The notes: generated from the sequence alone by a model not told the origin. Shown: positions 29,454 to 39,613, counted from the stretch's first letter. The stretch is 64,000 nucleotides of DNA from Blastocatellia bacterium (GCA_963737945.1 CAVTUR010000030.1:22193-86192), one strand, 5' to 3'. Numbers and translations are program-made.

Positions 29454-30992
29454 ATGAAAACAACAGCCATCGAATCGCTCTTGACCAACACCCGAGCTGG
29501 TTTACCGGCAATACTGTGCGCAGCCGTTTGCATCGTATTCGCACAAGCAGGCCCACACCCGCTACAAACAACTGCGCCGCTTCGAACCAACGAGAACCTG
29601 ACGCGGATAACCGGCCGGCTTGAACGCGATCTGCCCGAGTTGATGAAACAGGCCGATGTGCCCGGCCTTTCAATCGCTCTCGTGCGCGACGGCGCGGTGG
29701 TTTGGCATCACGGGTTTGGCGTAAAGAATTCGAAGACGAAAGAGCCAGTAACAGACACCACCATTTTCGAGGCCGCGTCGCTGAGCAAACCGGTCTTCGC
29801 CTACGCCGTCATGAAACTGGTGGACGCGGGCAAGTTCGATTTGGATAAGCCGTTGAACCAGTACCTGCCGGGAAATTACGATGTCGGACCGGACTCGCGG
29901 CTCGACCTGATCACCGCGCGACGTGTCCTTTCGCACACGACCGGTTTCCCAAACTGGCGAGGAGGAAACCCGGTCCTGAAGATCTTCTTTACCCCGGGTG
30001 AAAAGTTCAGCTACTCGGGCGAGGGGTTTGTCTATTTGTCGAAGGTTATCGAACACCTCACCGGTGAGCAGTTCAATGACTTCATGACTCGGATGGTCTT
30101 TAAGCCGCTGGGAATGACCAGCAGCAGTTATGTGTGGCGAGACAGCTATGACGCCCTCAAGACGTCCCGGCACAACTCGATCGGTGAACCTTCGCCGCAG
30201 CTCAAACCGACCTCGAACGCGGCCGCCAGTCTGCACACAACCGCTCTGGACTACGGGCGGTTCATCGCCGCCCTTCTGAACGGCACTGGGCTGAAGAAAG
30301 AAACCCTTAAACAGATGTTGACCCCGCAGATCAAGGTTGACGAAGGCGGCAGCAACACAACGGGCCGCCCCGCGACTAAGCCATCACCGAATATTTCGTG
30401 GGGGCTCGGTCTGGGTCTGCAAAGCACCCCGGATGGAGTTTCATTCTGGCATTGGGGCGACAACGGCGACGCCAAGGCATACTTCGTGGCGTTCGAGCGG
30501 CAGAAGCTTGGAGTAGTGGTGTTTGCCAACAGCTCAAACGGCTTGTCCTTCATGCCTGAGCTCATCGATAAAGCCGTCGGCGGACAGCAACCGGCGCTTG
30601 CGTGGATCAAGTATGAGTCGTACAAATCGCCGCGCAGGGTGCTGCTGAAAAGGGTGCTGGACGGCGGCGCCGAGGTGGCACTGCGTGAGTATCGCGAGTG
30701 GCGAAAGGGTCGCGCGGCAACCGAGGTTTTGACCGAGGAGCAGATGAACCGTTTTGGCTACGAGCTGCTGTCCGGGCTAAAGCGCGTGAAGGACGCTATC
30801 GAGGTCTTCAAGCTGAACGTCGAAGACTATCCGGAGTCGGCCAACGCGTACGACAGTCTCGGGGAGGCATACGCAGCTGACGGAAACAACGAGCTGGCGC
30901 TCAAGAACTATCAACGGTCGATTGAATTGAACCCAAACAACACGAACGGCCTCGAGAAGCTGAAGAAGCTTCAGGATGGACACAAGAACTGA
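29454..30992 (+). CDS. secreted serine hydrolase (beta-lactamase/class C, S12-like) with C-terminal TPR
   Basis: Signal-like N-terminus, FEAASLSK (SxxK), FSYSGEG, FWHWGDN. C-terminal YPESANAYDSLGEAY...ALKNYQRSIELNP TPR. Confidence 0.9.
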   Translation: MKTTAIESLLTNTRAGLPAILCAAVCIVFAQAGPHPLQTTAPLRTNENLTRITGRLERDLPELMKQADVPGLSIALVRDGAVVWHHGFGVKNSKTKEPVTDTTIFEAASLSKPVFAYAVMKLVDAGKFDLDKPLNQYLPGNYDVGPDSRLDLITARRVLSHTTGFPNWRGGNPVLKIFFTPGEKFSYSGEGFVYLSKVIEHLTGEQFNDFMTRMVFKPLGMTSSSYVWRDSYDALKTSRHNSIGEPSPQLKPTSNAAASLHTTALDYGRFIAALLNGTGLKKETLKQMLTPQIKVDEGGSNTTGRPATKPSPNISWGLGLGLQSTPDGVSFWHWGDNGDAKAYFVAFERQKLGVVVFANSSNGLSFMPELIDKAVGGQQPALAWIKYESYKSPRRVLLKRVLDGGAEVALREYREWRKGRAATEVLTEEQMNRFGYELLSGLKRVKDAIEVFKLNVEDYPESANAYDSLGEAYAADGNNELALKNYQRSIELNPNNTNGLEKLKKLQDGHKN

Positions 30993-31201
30993 CTCTTGGG
31001 CTACGAGTATTCTGCGGTCACTTCTCTATAGAATCTCCCTTGCACACCACCCGGTTGGCCCGCGTAACAACGGATTGCCGTCAGTTTTGTATCGTCCGTT
31101 TATGTGATAGTCTCACGTTCCAACGCGATCGGCCCAACACGACGATGGATAGTCAGGTCAGGTCCCTTGAACAGAAACAACCACTACGGAGGTTCTTAGC
31201 A

Positions 31202-32005
31202 ATGAAGGCTCTATCAATCGTCACACTTTTCTGTTGTCTGTTGTACGGCTGCTCGGCACGCCCGGACTCAACCACCCGGAATCTCCTAAGCTCGGGTCAC
31301 TGGGTCGACCTGTCTCACGACTTCGCCGCCGATACGATCTATTGGCCAACAGCCGAGCCGTTCAAACTTGAGACGGTTTCCGCGGGCATGGCCGAAGGTG
31401 GCTATTATTACTCGGCGTACCAGTTCTGTGCGGCCGAGCATGGCGGAACTCACATTGACGCACCCGTTCATTTCGCGGAGGGACGCCAGTCAGTCGACCA
31501 ACTTCCAGTGGACCGTCTGATCGGGCCGGCAATCAAGGTGGACGTGTCGGCGAAAGCAAAGGCGGATCGCGACTATCTGATCAGCGTCCCTGACTTCGAA
31601 GCGTGGGAGACGCAGAACGGCAGAATACCCGACGACTCGATCGTGCTGCTTCAAACCGGCTGGTCCGAATACTGGAATGATCGGATAAAATACCTCGGCA
31701 CCGATAAGCGTGGCGCTGAAGGTGTCGCCGAGCTTCACTTCCCCGGGCTTTCGCCCGACGCCGCTCGCTGGCTTACCCAGAACCGGAAGATCAAGGCGAT
31801 CGGTCTCGACACCGCTAGCATCGACTACGGCCAGTCCAAGTTGTTCGAGAGCCACCGTGTTCTGATGGGGCAGGACATTCCGGCTTTCGAGAATGTAGCC
31901 GGTCTCGATCGGTTGTCGGCGAAGGTTGCGATGGTTATCGCGATGCCGATGAAAATCCGCGGAGGCAGCGGAGGCCCGCTTCGGATCATCGCCTTGGTCG
32001 ACTGA
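31202..32005 (+). CDS. cyclase-family (kynurenine formamidase-like) metal-dependent hydrolase, predicted lipoprotein
   Basis: EHGGTHIDAPVHF motif, GLDTASID, FENV. Likely start MKALSIVTLFCCLLYGC (lipobox-like) at 31202. Confidence 0.88.
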   Translation: MKALSIVTLFCCLLYGCSARPDSTTRNLLSSGHWVDLSHDFAADTIYWPTAEPFKLETVSAGMAEGGYYYSAYQFCAAEHGGTHIDAPVHFAEGRQSVDQLPVDRLIGPAIKVDVSAKAKADRDYLISVPDFEAWETQNGRIPDDSIVLLQTGWSEYWNDRIKYLGTDKRGAEGVAELHFPGLSPDAARWLTQNRKIKAIGLDTASIDYGQSKLFESHRVLMGQDIPAFENVAGLDRLSAKVAMVIAMPMKIRGGSGGPLRIIALVD

Positions 32006-32308
32006 GCGGGGCGCTAGTCGCCACCTGAAAATTCGAGCACCAACCTCCCGGTAGGAATCCCACATCCGAGCAACGTGTTCCCACCTTCGAAATGGCGCCG
32101 ATCCCGAGGGGACTTGGGGGATTCAATAGGATCGGACCCGATGCGTTCGTAAAGGTCATCGATCGTATCGGTTACGAGCGAATCTCCGGCGCCGGTTGTG
32201 AAGACCTTGGCAGGTACGAGGGTTGCTCCAGAGTCCTTCTCGGCTCGTTTATAGAACCCATGAGCCTCGTTATTGAACGACGAACGATGATTGTGATTGG
32301 AGGACCAG

Positions 32309-34813
32309 ATGCTTCAGGACCTGCGCTACGGTTTGCGAATGCTACTCAAGCACAAAGGCTTTACCGCGGTGGCTGTGCTATCGCTTGCGCTTGGGATTGG
32401 CGCCAACACCGCGATCTTTAGTTTAATCGACGCGGTAATGCTGAGAGCGCTTCCGGTTCAGGAACCTGATCGGCTCGTGCTCTTTGGCAACGCCGAATCG
32501 GCTGGCATCACCATAGGCTTTCCGGATTCAAGCCAGGACCTCTTCTCGTACCCGACCTATCGCGAAGTCCGCCAGCGCAATCAGGTCTTCTCCGATATCG
32601 CCGCGGTACACAGCTTCCCGAGCCGGGTTCACGGCGTCGTCCACGCAAGCGGATCAACGGGGGAACTCGAGCAAATTAACGCGCAAATGGTCAGCGGCAC
32701 TTACTTCTCCGTGCTTGGTGTGAATGCGCTTCTTGGCCGAACGCTCACGCCGGACGATGACGATACACCGGGGGGACACCCGGTTGTGGTGGCCAGCAAT
32801 TCCTGGTGGCAGCGCAGATTCGGCGGCGATCCTTCGGTGATCGGAAGCACAATCAACATCGACAAGACCGCTTACACGATAATCGGCGTTGCTCCGAGAG
32901 ATTTCTTCGGGACAACCGTCGGCGATTCGCCGGATATCTGGGTTCCGCTGTCAATGGAAGAGCAGTTACCTCCCGGGTTCAAAGGGCTGACGGACAGGAT
33001 GTTTCAATCGCTGTATCTGATCGGACGTCTGAACACCGGGGTCAGCGTGGAACGGGCGGGCGCAGAGGCCAACCTTCTGTTCAAGCAACTTCTGCTCGAG
33101 TATTCGGGGCCACAGCCCTCGGCCGAGCGATTGCAGGATATTCAGCAGGCCCATATCGAGCTGACTCCCGCAGGCCGGGGTCTCTCCGAGCTAAGAAAAG
33201 AGTTCTCGCTCCCGCTTAAGATTCTTATGGTCGTGGTTGGAGTCGTCTTGCTGATCGCCTGCGCCAACATTGCCAATCTGCTCATGGCACGTGCGGCAGC
33301 GCGGCAGCAGGAGTTCACGTTGCGTGTCGCCCTTGGCGCTAGCCCTTTACGAATCGGCCGCCAGTTGTTGACCGAGAGCCTTCTGTTGGCTCTGCTCGGC
33401 GGTGGCGCAGGTATCCTGCTCGGGTCGTGGGGCAGCAGCGCACTGATATCGATGGTTTCCACCGGGCCTCAGACGTTACCGATAAATTTAGAGCTCGACT
33501 CACGCGTTCTCGCGTTCACGCTGATCGTCTCCGTAATCTCAGCCGTGGTGTTTGGCACCGCGCCGGCCCTCCGCGCATCGCGAGTCGAGTTGAGCGGATC
33601 GCTGCGGTCAAACAGGTCTTCCTCGTCGGCGATGACCCGGAGCCGTCTCGGCAAAGCCCTGCTTGTTTCACAGGTCGCCCTATCACTGCTGCTGCTGGTC
33701 GGCGCCGGGCTATTCGTTCGCACCCTCGTCAACCTCGAGCGCGTGGACACCGGGTTTAATCAGGAACACGTCCTGTTGTTCCAGATCGACACCGACTCTA
33801 TCGGTCTGAAAGAGGATTCGCAGCTCGTAAAGCTGTACCGAGACGTCGAGGAAAAAGTCAGCGCGATTCCCGGAGTGCGTGCCGCTTCGTTTTCAATGTT
33901 CGCCTTCCACCAGGGAGGCTGGACGGGTGCGGCGTCGACGCGTGGCGACTCCTCAGGCGCGCGCACCGAGTGGCACGTTCGCAACAACAGCGTGGGACCC
34001 AAGTTCTTTGAAGCGATGGGGCTTCCGCTTCTGACCGGTCGGGGATTTGGCCCGCAAGACACCGAGACATCGCCCAAGGTGGCGGTGATCAGCGAAGCCC
34101 TCGCGCTGAAGCTGTTTCCCGGAACCTCGCCGATTGGGAGGCGCTTTGGCCGAGGAGGTCAGGAACACAGCGAAGAGATAGAGGTCATCGGTGTAGTAAA
34201 GGACGCTAAGTATGAAGACTTGATGGAAGAGCCAAGGCCAATGGCCTACTACCCTTACACCCAGAGCATAAACTTTCTAAGCAGCTTCGAGGTGAGCTAT
34301 TCGGGAGAGCCGGGCGCGATCGTCGATGAAACCCGCCGGGCAATCAAGGAAGTGAATCGAGATATCCCGATCGTGGAAGCGGTGACAATGTCCGAGCACG
34401 TGGGGCGCTCGCTCGTGCAGCAAAGGCTGATCGCCCGGCTGTCAAGCTTCTTTGGCCTTTTGGCGTTGCTGCTCGCCTCCATCGGGTTGTTCGGTATTAT
34501 GTCCTACTCAGTTGCAAAGCGGACAAATGAGATTGGCATACGCATGGCGCTTGGCGCGGCCCGCGGCGATGTTCTGAGACTGGTGATGCGCGAAGGGCTG
34601 GCGCCGGTGCTCATCGGGGTCGCTATCGGATTACCGGCAGCGATAGCGGGCGGTCGTTTGATCACCAGTCTGCTCTTTGGCCTGACGCCAGCCGATCCCC
34701 TGACAATTTGCGCAGCGACTTTGTTGCTGTTGGCAGTAGCCGCGCTCGCCGGATATCTCCCGGCAAGAAGGGCTGCGCGGGTCGACCCGATGACAGCGCT
34801 GCGCTGCGAGTGA
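32309..34813 (+). CDS. ADOP-type duplicated MacB permease (~834 aa)
   Basis: MLQDLRYGLRMLLKHKGF after GGAGG; two lobes; DPMTALRCE. Confidence 0.95.
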   Translation: MLQDLRYGLRMLLKHKGFTAVAVLSLALGIGANTAIFSLIDAVMLRALPVQEPDRLVLFGNAESAGITIGFPDSSQDLFSYPTYREVRQRNQVFSDIAAVHSFPSRVHGVVHASGSTGELEQINAQMVSGTYFSVLGVNALLGRTLTPDDDDTPGGHPVVVASNSWWQRRFGGDPSVIGSTINIDKTAYTIIGVAPRDFFGTTVGDSPDIWVPLSMEEQLPPGFKGLTDRMFQSLYLIGRLNTGVSVERAGAEANLLFKQLLLEYSGPQPSAERLQDIQQAHIELTPAGRGLSELRKEFSLPLKILMVVVGVVLLIACANIANLLMARAAARQQEFTLRVALGASPLRIGRQLLTESLLLALLGGGAGILLGSWGSSALISMVSTGPQTLPINLELDSRVLAFTLIVSVISAVVFGTAPALRASRVELSGSLRSNRSSSSAMTRSRLGKALLVSQVALSLLLLVGAGLFVRTLVNLERVDTGFNQEHVLLFQIDTDSIGLKEDSQLVKLYRDVEEKVSAIPGVRAASFSMFAFHQGGWTGAASTRGDSSGARTEWHVRNNSVGPKFFEAMGLPLLTGRGFGPQDTETSPKVAVISEALALKLFPGTSPIGRRFGRGGQEHSEEIEVIGVVKDAKYEDLMEEPRPMAYYPYTQSINFLSSFEVSYSGEPGAIVDETRRAIKEVNRDIPIVEAVTMSEHVGRSLVQQRLIARLSSFFGLLALLLASIGLFGIMSYSVAKRTNEIGIRMALGAARGDVLRLVMREGLAPVLIGVAIGLPAAIAGGRLITSLLFGLTPADPLTICAATLLLLAVAALAGYLPARRAARVDPMTALRCE

Positions 34814-34972
34814 CATAAGACGCCCACCAGCGTCCTCTCGACTGTAAAAAGCAACTTCACTCCGATAGGGGTTGAGGTTATCGGGCTTTCTCTCACTTCA
34901 CTGTTTGATGCACCAATACCGTGTGATAATCTCCAGGATTGAGGGCTTGGATACCTGACGGATGGAGGCGAT

Positions 34973-35287
34973 ATGAGCAAAGACTACGTCGATCAAGTTG
35001 GTGAAGGATATAGAGTCGCCGGCACGCGGGTGTCTCTTGATTCCGTTGTCTATTGCTTTTGGAATGGTGACTCGCCCGAGACCATCGCCCAGTCATTTCC
35101 GGCGCTCACGCTCGAGCAGGTTTACGGTGCGATCGCCTACTACCTCGACCATCGAAAAACGATCGACCAATACATCAAGCAAGGCGAAGCCGATTACGAG
35201 GCTAAACGGGAAGCAGATCGAGAGTCTGACCCAAAGTTCTATCAAGAAATGGCCGAACGCCGCCGACAGATGAAAACGAGCGTTTGA
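34973..35287 (+). CDS. DUF433-domain protein (putative antitoxin)
   Basis: RVAGTRVSLDSVV...GDSPETIAQSFPALTLEQVYGAIAYYLDH is the DUF433 helix-turn-helix pattern. Confidence 0.9.
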   Translation: MSKDYVDQVGEGYRVAGTRVSLDSVVYCFWNGDSPETIAQSFPALTLEQVYGAIAYYLDHRKTIDQYIKQGEADYEAKREADRESDPKFYQEMAERRRQMKTSV

Positions 35288-35637
35288 TGAAAGTCCGCTT
35301 TCAGGCCGATTCCGACCTTAGGCACTCGATTGTGCGAGCCACCTTGCGTCGCGAGCCAACAATTGATTTTCGAAGCGCACCGTCCGCGGATCTAGCAAGC
35401 CGCGACGACATGGAAGTGCTGGCGATCTCCGCGCAAGAAGGGCGTGTGCTGGTTTCTCATGACAGCAGAACGATGCCGAACCACTTCGCTGAGTTCATTG
35501 CGAACTATGCGAGCGCGGGCGTCGTCATTGCTCCGCAGCGGCTAGGCATAGCGGTGGTTGTAGAGGAACTGCTGCTGATATGGTCAGCATCCGACGCAAA
35601 CGAATGGGTTAACCGAATCATCCGCTTACCGCTCTAA
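35287..35637 (+). CDS. DUF5615-family PIN-like protein (putative toxin)
   Basis: MKVRFQADSDL...DDMEVLAISAQEGRVLVSHDSRTM. The ATG overlaps the DUF433 stop codon (TGATG), implying translational coupling. Confidence 0.85.
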   Translation: MKVRFQADSDLRHSIVRATLRREPTIDFRSAPSADLASRDDMEVLAISAQEGRVLVSHDSRTMPNHFAEFIANYASAGVVIAPQRLGIAVVVEELLLIWSASDANEWVNRIIRLPL

Positions 35638-35712
35638 GGGCCGATCTACCAGTAATGTTGCCACTGCTGAATTCCGGGCGTTCCAACACTGCTTGTAAGA
35701 AGTGAGTGGAAA

Positions 35713-36276
35713 ATGAGGAAGAGTCTTGCCGCGAAACTGAACGCTCGAATTCAAGCTGTAATGCAAACAGAAGACTGGCTCGGAGCCATTGAACTTGTGC
35801 AGAACCACAGCGAGACCGTTCAGTCGCACTGGGAGCTATCCTGGAATCTTGGATGGGCCTACTTCAAGCTCGACAGATTCAAGGAAGCACGAAAGTATTT
35901 GCTGACAGCCGTCAGACTCGCGCCGGAAAACCCGGTATGTCACTGGTCACTTGGCATAGTTCGCCGAAGCCTGGGAAACCATAAAGCGGCCGAAGTGGCT
36001 CTCAAACGAGCGCTGAGAATAAGAGACTCGTACCTAGCCCGGATCGCCCTCGCGTTGACATACATGGACCAGGATAAGCTTGACGAGGCTGAGGACGTGC
36101 ACCTCGAAGGACTCAGGCTGAAGCCAACTGCCGAGAGATACAAAGCGTATGCAGACTTCCTCTCGGATGTCGGTCGCGAAGACGAGGCTCAGCGTATTTA
36201 TCGGAAGGCCCGAAGGCTACGAGCGAACAGTATAGACCGCCGGACCGGAGCTCAGAAATTGCTCCGTGAAGGGTGA
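35713..36276 (+). CDS. tetratricopeptide-repeat protein
   Basis: NLGWAYFKLDRFKEARKYLLTAVRLAPEN...SLGIVRRSLGNHKAAEVALKRAL TPR-like helices. Confidence 0.8.
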   Translation: MRKSLAAKLNARIQAVMQTEDWLGAIELVQNHSETVQSHWELSWNLGWAYFKLDRFKEARKYLLTAVRLAPENPVCHWSLGIVRRSLGNHKAAEVALKRALRIRDSYLARIALALTYMDQDKLDEAEDVHLEGLRLKPTAERYKAYADFLSDVGREDEAQRIYRKARRLRANSIDRRTGAQKLLREG

Positions 36277-36332
36277 CTGCCGGTCCAGTCGAGATCGCTC
36301 ATAACGTGGCTTGAGCAAAGGCACGATCACCA

Positions 36333-36974
36333 GTGACAAATCGCTCCGATCGTCTTACCACCTTGCTATTCGACTGGGACGGAACGCTTTTCGACTCGGC
36401 GTGCTCTGGGCTGCTAGCGTTTCAGAAAACCTTCGATGATCTGGGTATTACCTTCACCCAGGAGTTCTACGATACCCACTACTCTCCAAACTGGTACGCG
36501 ATGTATGAAGCGCTGAACCTGCCAAAGGACAGCTGGAAGACCGCGGATGAACTATGGCTCAAGCATTACGGCGAGCAGCCACCCAAGCTGGTGGAGGGAG
36601 CTGGTTCAACGATCGATGAACTTCATTCGAGAGGCTATCGCCTGGGGATCGTCACCAGCGGCACCGAGCGGAGAGTGACCCGCGAGCTTGATCAACTGGG
36701 CTTGAGGTCCCTGTTTGAAGCGGTGATTTGCAATGAACACATCGTGAATAAGAAGCCGCACCCCGAAGGTTTGGAGAAGGCGATGCGACTACTGGCAAGC
36801 GCGCCGGGCGTTTGTTCTTACATAGGCGACGCACCCGAAGACGTGCAGATGGGAAAGACTGCGCGGGTCTTCACCGTCGGTGTTCGAAGCGCTTATCCCA
36901 CCAGCAAGCTGCTGCTCAGTGAACGACCTGATATTCATCTCGAATCGATCGGCGAACTGCTGTTGCACTTCTGA
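36333..36974 (+). CDS. HAD-superfamily hydrolase (phosphoglycolate-phosphatase-like)
   Basis: Motif I FDWDGT, motif II IVTS, KKPHPEG, YIGDAPED. Confidence 0.92.
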   Translation: MTNRSDRLTTLLFDWDGTLFDSACSGLLAFQKTFDDLGITFTQEFYDTHYSPNWYAMYEALNLPKDSWKTADELWLKHYGEQPPKLVEGAGSTIDELHSRGYRLGIVTSGTERRVTRELDQLGLRSLFEAVICNEHIVNKKPHPEGLEKAMRLLASAPGVCSYIGDAPEDVQMGKTARVFTVGVRSAYPTSKLLLSERPDIHLESIGELLLHF

Positions 36975-37050
36975 AAGATCGGAGAGGTTTACCGCAGAGG
37001 GTACGCTTCGGACCTCTTTAACAGGATTGCCGGAAAGGATCCGAGTTGCT

Positions 37051-37323
37051 TCAAAACCTCCCCGTGAGGATCAACACCCCAATCACAATAAAGGCAACAG
37101 CCGCTACTCGTTTGATCCAGACAAGTGGCAAGTACTGACCAAGCGTTCCTCCCACCGCAACGCCTATCCCGGACACACAGACAAGGGCGAGCGACGCGCC
37201 TATCAGCACTGCCCACGGCTTCTTGCTCTGGGCGGCCATGGTCATCGCGGCGAGCTGAGTTTTGTCGCCCATCTCGGCCAGGAAGATCACCCCAAAAGTC
37301 GTAAGGAAAACTCGCCAGTCCAT
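37051..37323 (-). CDS. TMEM165/GDT1 (UPF0016) family membrane protein, single-repeat form (90 aa)
   Basis: FLAEMGDKTQLA (E-x-G-D-K-T motif) with three hydrophobic segments. Confidence 0.92.
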   Translation of the reverse strand: MDWRVFLTTFGVIFLAEMGDKTQLAAMTMAAQSKKPWAVLIGASLALVCVSGIGVAVGGTLGQYLPLVWIKRVAAVAFIVIGVLILTGRF

Positions 37324-37344
37324 TCCCCCTCCATTGTCTCTGAA

Positions 37345-37405
37345 ACCGCGGAGAGCACGGTGAAACGCGGAGAATCTTCCCTCCGGTCCTCCGCGCCCTC
37401 TGCGA
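37345..37405. repeat. CGCGGAG/CTCCGCG-type inverted short-repeat element (element H)
   Basis: CGCGGAG at 37347 and 37366; CTCCGCG at 37389 and CTCTGCG at 37398. Confidence 0.6.
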
Positions 37406-37431
37406 TCGCTATTCCGATGATTGTTGCTTTG

Positions 37432-37776
37432 CTACTCGGAAACCTGCCGCGCCAGCGCTTCGTCGACATCGATCTCCATGCGAAGCAGGGCCGCGCTGTA
37501 AGTTTTCCCCTGCGCGTCGGTCTTGAGCGACAACGTGCCTCCACCGTCCAGACTCTCGTGAAGCAGAAAGTTCAGCGCATGCAGGTTGGGCACCTCGAAG
37601 CGTTCCACCTCTCCAAGGCATATCCCCTTGAAGTGGGCTTTCACTCGCTCGGCGGTAACCTGTTCGACCAGCATCGAATAGTATTCGGGTTTGAGCGCTA
37701 TCAGACCAACATTAGCAGTGTCTCCTTTATCACCCGAACGCGCGTGCGCGAGCTGCAACAGTTTCACTCTTGCCAT
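37432..37776 (-). CDS. small AtuA-related protein
   Basis: AHARSGDKGD.ANVGLIA...VERFEVPNLHALNFLLHESLDGGGTLSLKTDAQGK; coupled to the upstream AtuA-family gene. Confidence 0.8.
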   Translation of the reverse strand: MARVKLLQLAHARSGDKGDTANVGLIALKPEYYSMLVEQVTAERVKAHFKGICLGEVERFEVPNLHALNFLLHESLDGGGTLSLKTDAQGKTYSAALLRMEIDVDEALARQVSE

Positions 37777-37777
37777 A

Positions 37778-39142
37778 TCAAGCCTCGATCACTGAAACCT
37801 CGGAATGGACTTCGCTCTTTGGGAGTAGCGCCGGCCAGTAAGCGATTATTTCCTCAAGCTTAGGGCGCCCGGCCGCGAACCCGGTCACCGTAGGCGGGCC
37901 GTTGAGCACCAGGGGCGCAACCTCGCGCGTGAATCGCTCGACCGCGCGTTTGTCCTCGGAGCGCACCCCAATGCGAAACGCAACTTCGGCGATGTCCGGC
38001 GACGGCGCTCCGGAAAGAGCGCCGTGGCAGGCATCGACTCCGACGAATTCGGTGAGCACTGAATCAAAATGCAAGCCGAGCCTATCGAGTCTCTCTCTCA
38101 CCACGCGATCGGCGGCCTGCGCTTTCCTGTAAGCGTCGGGCCAGCCGTACACCAGCGATCCGACGGCCTTCCAACCCGCGGAGTAGCTCACGCTCACTTT
38201 GTACAAATCGGTTGCCGGGCGTCCCTTGATCCCCGAGAATCGCACGCGATCCGCTCCCGCTTGTTCGAGATGAATGGTCGTGAAGTCGGCGACGCAATCC
38301 GGCGTTATGTATTCACGAGGATCGCCCATCTCGTACAGAAGCTGTTCTTTGATCGTTGGCACGGTGATGCGGCCGCCCGTGCCGGAATGTTTTGTGATGA
38401 CGAACGTACCGTCCGATTGCGCTTCGATGATCGGGTATCCGATGTCCGCGATATTGGGAATCGTCTCCCAATCGATCAGACAGTTTCCCCCGGTGCATTG
38501 AGCTCCGCATTCAACGGTGTGTCCGGCGATCGTTCCGGCAGCAAGTCGATCCCAATCATCGCGAGCCCATCCAAACTCGTGAATCATCGGACCGAGCGCC
38601 AAACCTGTATCGGTTACTCGACCGGCGATGATGATCTGCCCTCCTGCATCGAGGGCGTCGGCGACATCCCGTCCGCCAAAGTAAACGTTGGCACTCTGAA
38701 CGCGCGATCGAACCGAGGCCAGCGGCTCGCCTGTCTCCTGGTTCCTCAGTTCAACCCCTCTACTGATGAAATCGTCCAGCCGCGCCATTATGTCGTCGCC
38801 GGCCACGACGCCTATCTTGATCTTACCGCCAAAGCCACGCCGGCGGGCGGCGTCGATCACCGCATCGCGGCAGGCTTCGGGATTCACACCGCCGGCATTG
38901 GCTACGACTTTGATGTTGCGTTCGACGAGATCAGGCAACACTTCTTCGATCATCGACACGAAATCGCGCGCATAACCCGACTTCGGATCGCGCGCGCGCT
39001 GCTTCTGCATGATCGACATCGTGATCTCGGCGAGGTAATCGAGCGTGAGGTAGTCGATTGGCCCGCGCCGGACCTGTTCGATGGGGGCTTGCAGTGAGTC
39101 GCCCCAGAAACCCTGCCCGTTTGCGATTCTGACTGTCTTCAT
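37778..39142 (-). CDS. acyclic terpene utilization AtuA-family (DUF1446) protein
   Basis: [12 protein letters not shown]...[44 protein letters not shown]. Confidence 0.9.
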   Translation of the reverse strand: MKTVRIANGQGFWGDSLQAPIEQVRRGPIDYLTLDYLAEITMSIMQKQRARDPKSGYARDFVSMIEEVLPDLVERNIKVVANAGGVNPEACRDAVIDAARRRGFGGKIKIGVVAGDDIMARLDDFISRGVELRNQETGEPLASVRSRVQSANVYFGGRDVADALDAGGQIIIAGRVTDTGLALGPMIHEFGWARDDWDRLAAGTIAGHTVECGAQCTGGNCLIDWETIPNIADIGYPIIEAQSDGTFVITKHSGTGGRITVPTIKEQLLYEMGDPREYITPDCVADFTTIHLEQAGADRVRFSGIKGRPATDLYKVSVSYSAGWKAVGSLVYGWPDAYRKAQAADRVVRERLDRLGLHFDSVLTEFVGVDACHGALSGAPSPDIAEVAFRIGVRSEDKRAVERFTREVAPLVLNGPPTVTGFAAGRPKLEEIIAYWPALLPKSEVHSEVSVIEA

Positions 39143-39196
39143 TGTTCTTTCACATCAGTTCTCCGCCACCACCATTAAGGACCCTACAATCGCCGA

Positions 39197-39442
39197 CTAC
39201 AGCTTTGGCGCTGGCGGGGGAAGCTCTCGAGCCTCGACTTCGGATTGGAATCCCACCCGTGCGTGAGTCCCATCACAGAACGGCTTGTTCTGCGAATGGC
39301 CACAGCGGCAAAGCGAGATCACAGTCCGCCCGGCAAGACCGAACGTGTTTCCAGCCGCGTCCTTGATCGTGATGTTGTCGCCGATTATGCGATACGGGCC
39401 GTTGTTGATTACTATTGTGGAACTTTCATTTTGATCGCTCAT
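39197..39442 (-). CDS. CDGSH iron-sulfur domain protein
   Basis: NGPY...LCRCGHSQNKPFCDGTH (C-x-C-x2-S/H-x3-P-x-C-D-G-S/T-H). Confidence 0.93.
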   Translation of the reverse strand: MSDQNESSTIVINNGPYRIIGDNITIKDAAGNTFGLAGRTVISLCRCGHSQNKPFCDGTHARVGFQSEVEARELPPPAPKL

Positions 39443-39551
39443 TGCTTTTGCTCTCCTCCAATTTCAAACAAGTCCGGTTGGCCATTGTAGCGCACACGCA
39501 GGCCGATCAGAAAGCAGAGCCAACAGTTGAGGGATTTTCAAAGCTTGCCGT

Positions 39552-39613
39552 CCCGACAAACGTCGGTTTGTCGACTTCGGGCCCGCACAACGACAAACTG
39601 AAGTTTTGTCGGA
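39552..39613. repeat. REP doublet (REPIN-like), CGACAAAC-N4-GTTTGTCG family (element J)
   Basis: CGACAAAC-GTCG-GTTTGTCG (39554-39573) and CGACAAAC-TGAA-GTTTTGTCGGA (39591-39613). Confidence 0.85.

Noticed and set aside
32092-32421. 109-aa ORF upstream of and overlapping the last ADOP
   Set aside because: It overlaps the ADOP start out of frame and has no recognisable family. The LEDQ before MLQD is explained by the GGAGG RBS.
5269-34813. Alternating C-terminal RYE/RCE endings of ADOPs as a lipidation or CaaX-like signal
   Set aside because: A single TAC/TGC transition explains it, and there is no evidence for bacterial C-terminal Cys modification here.
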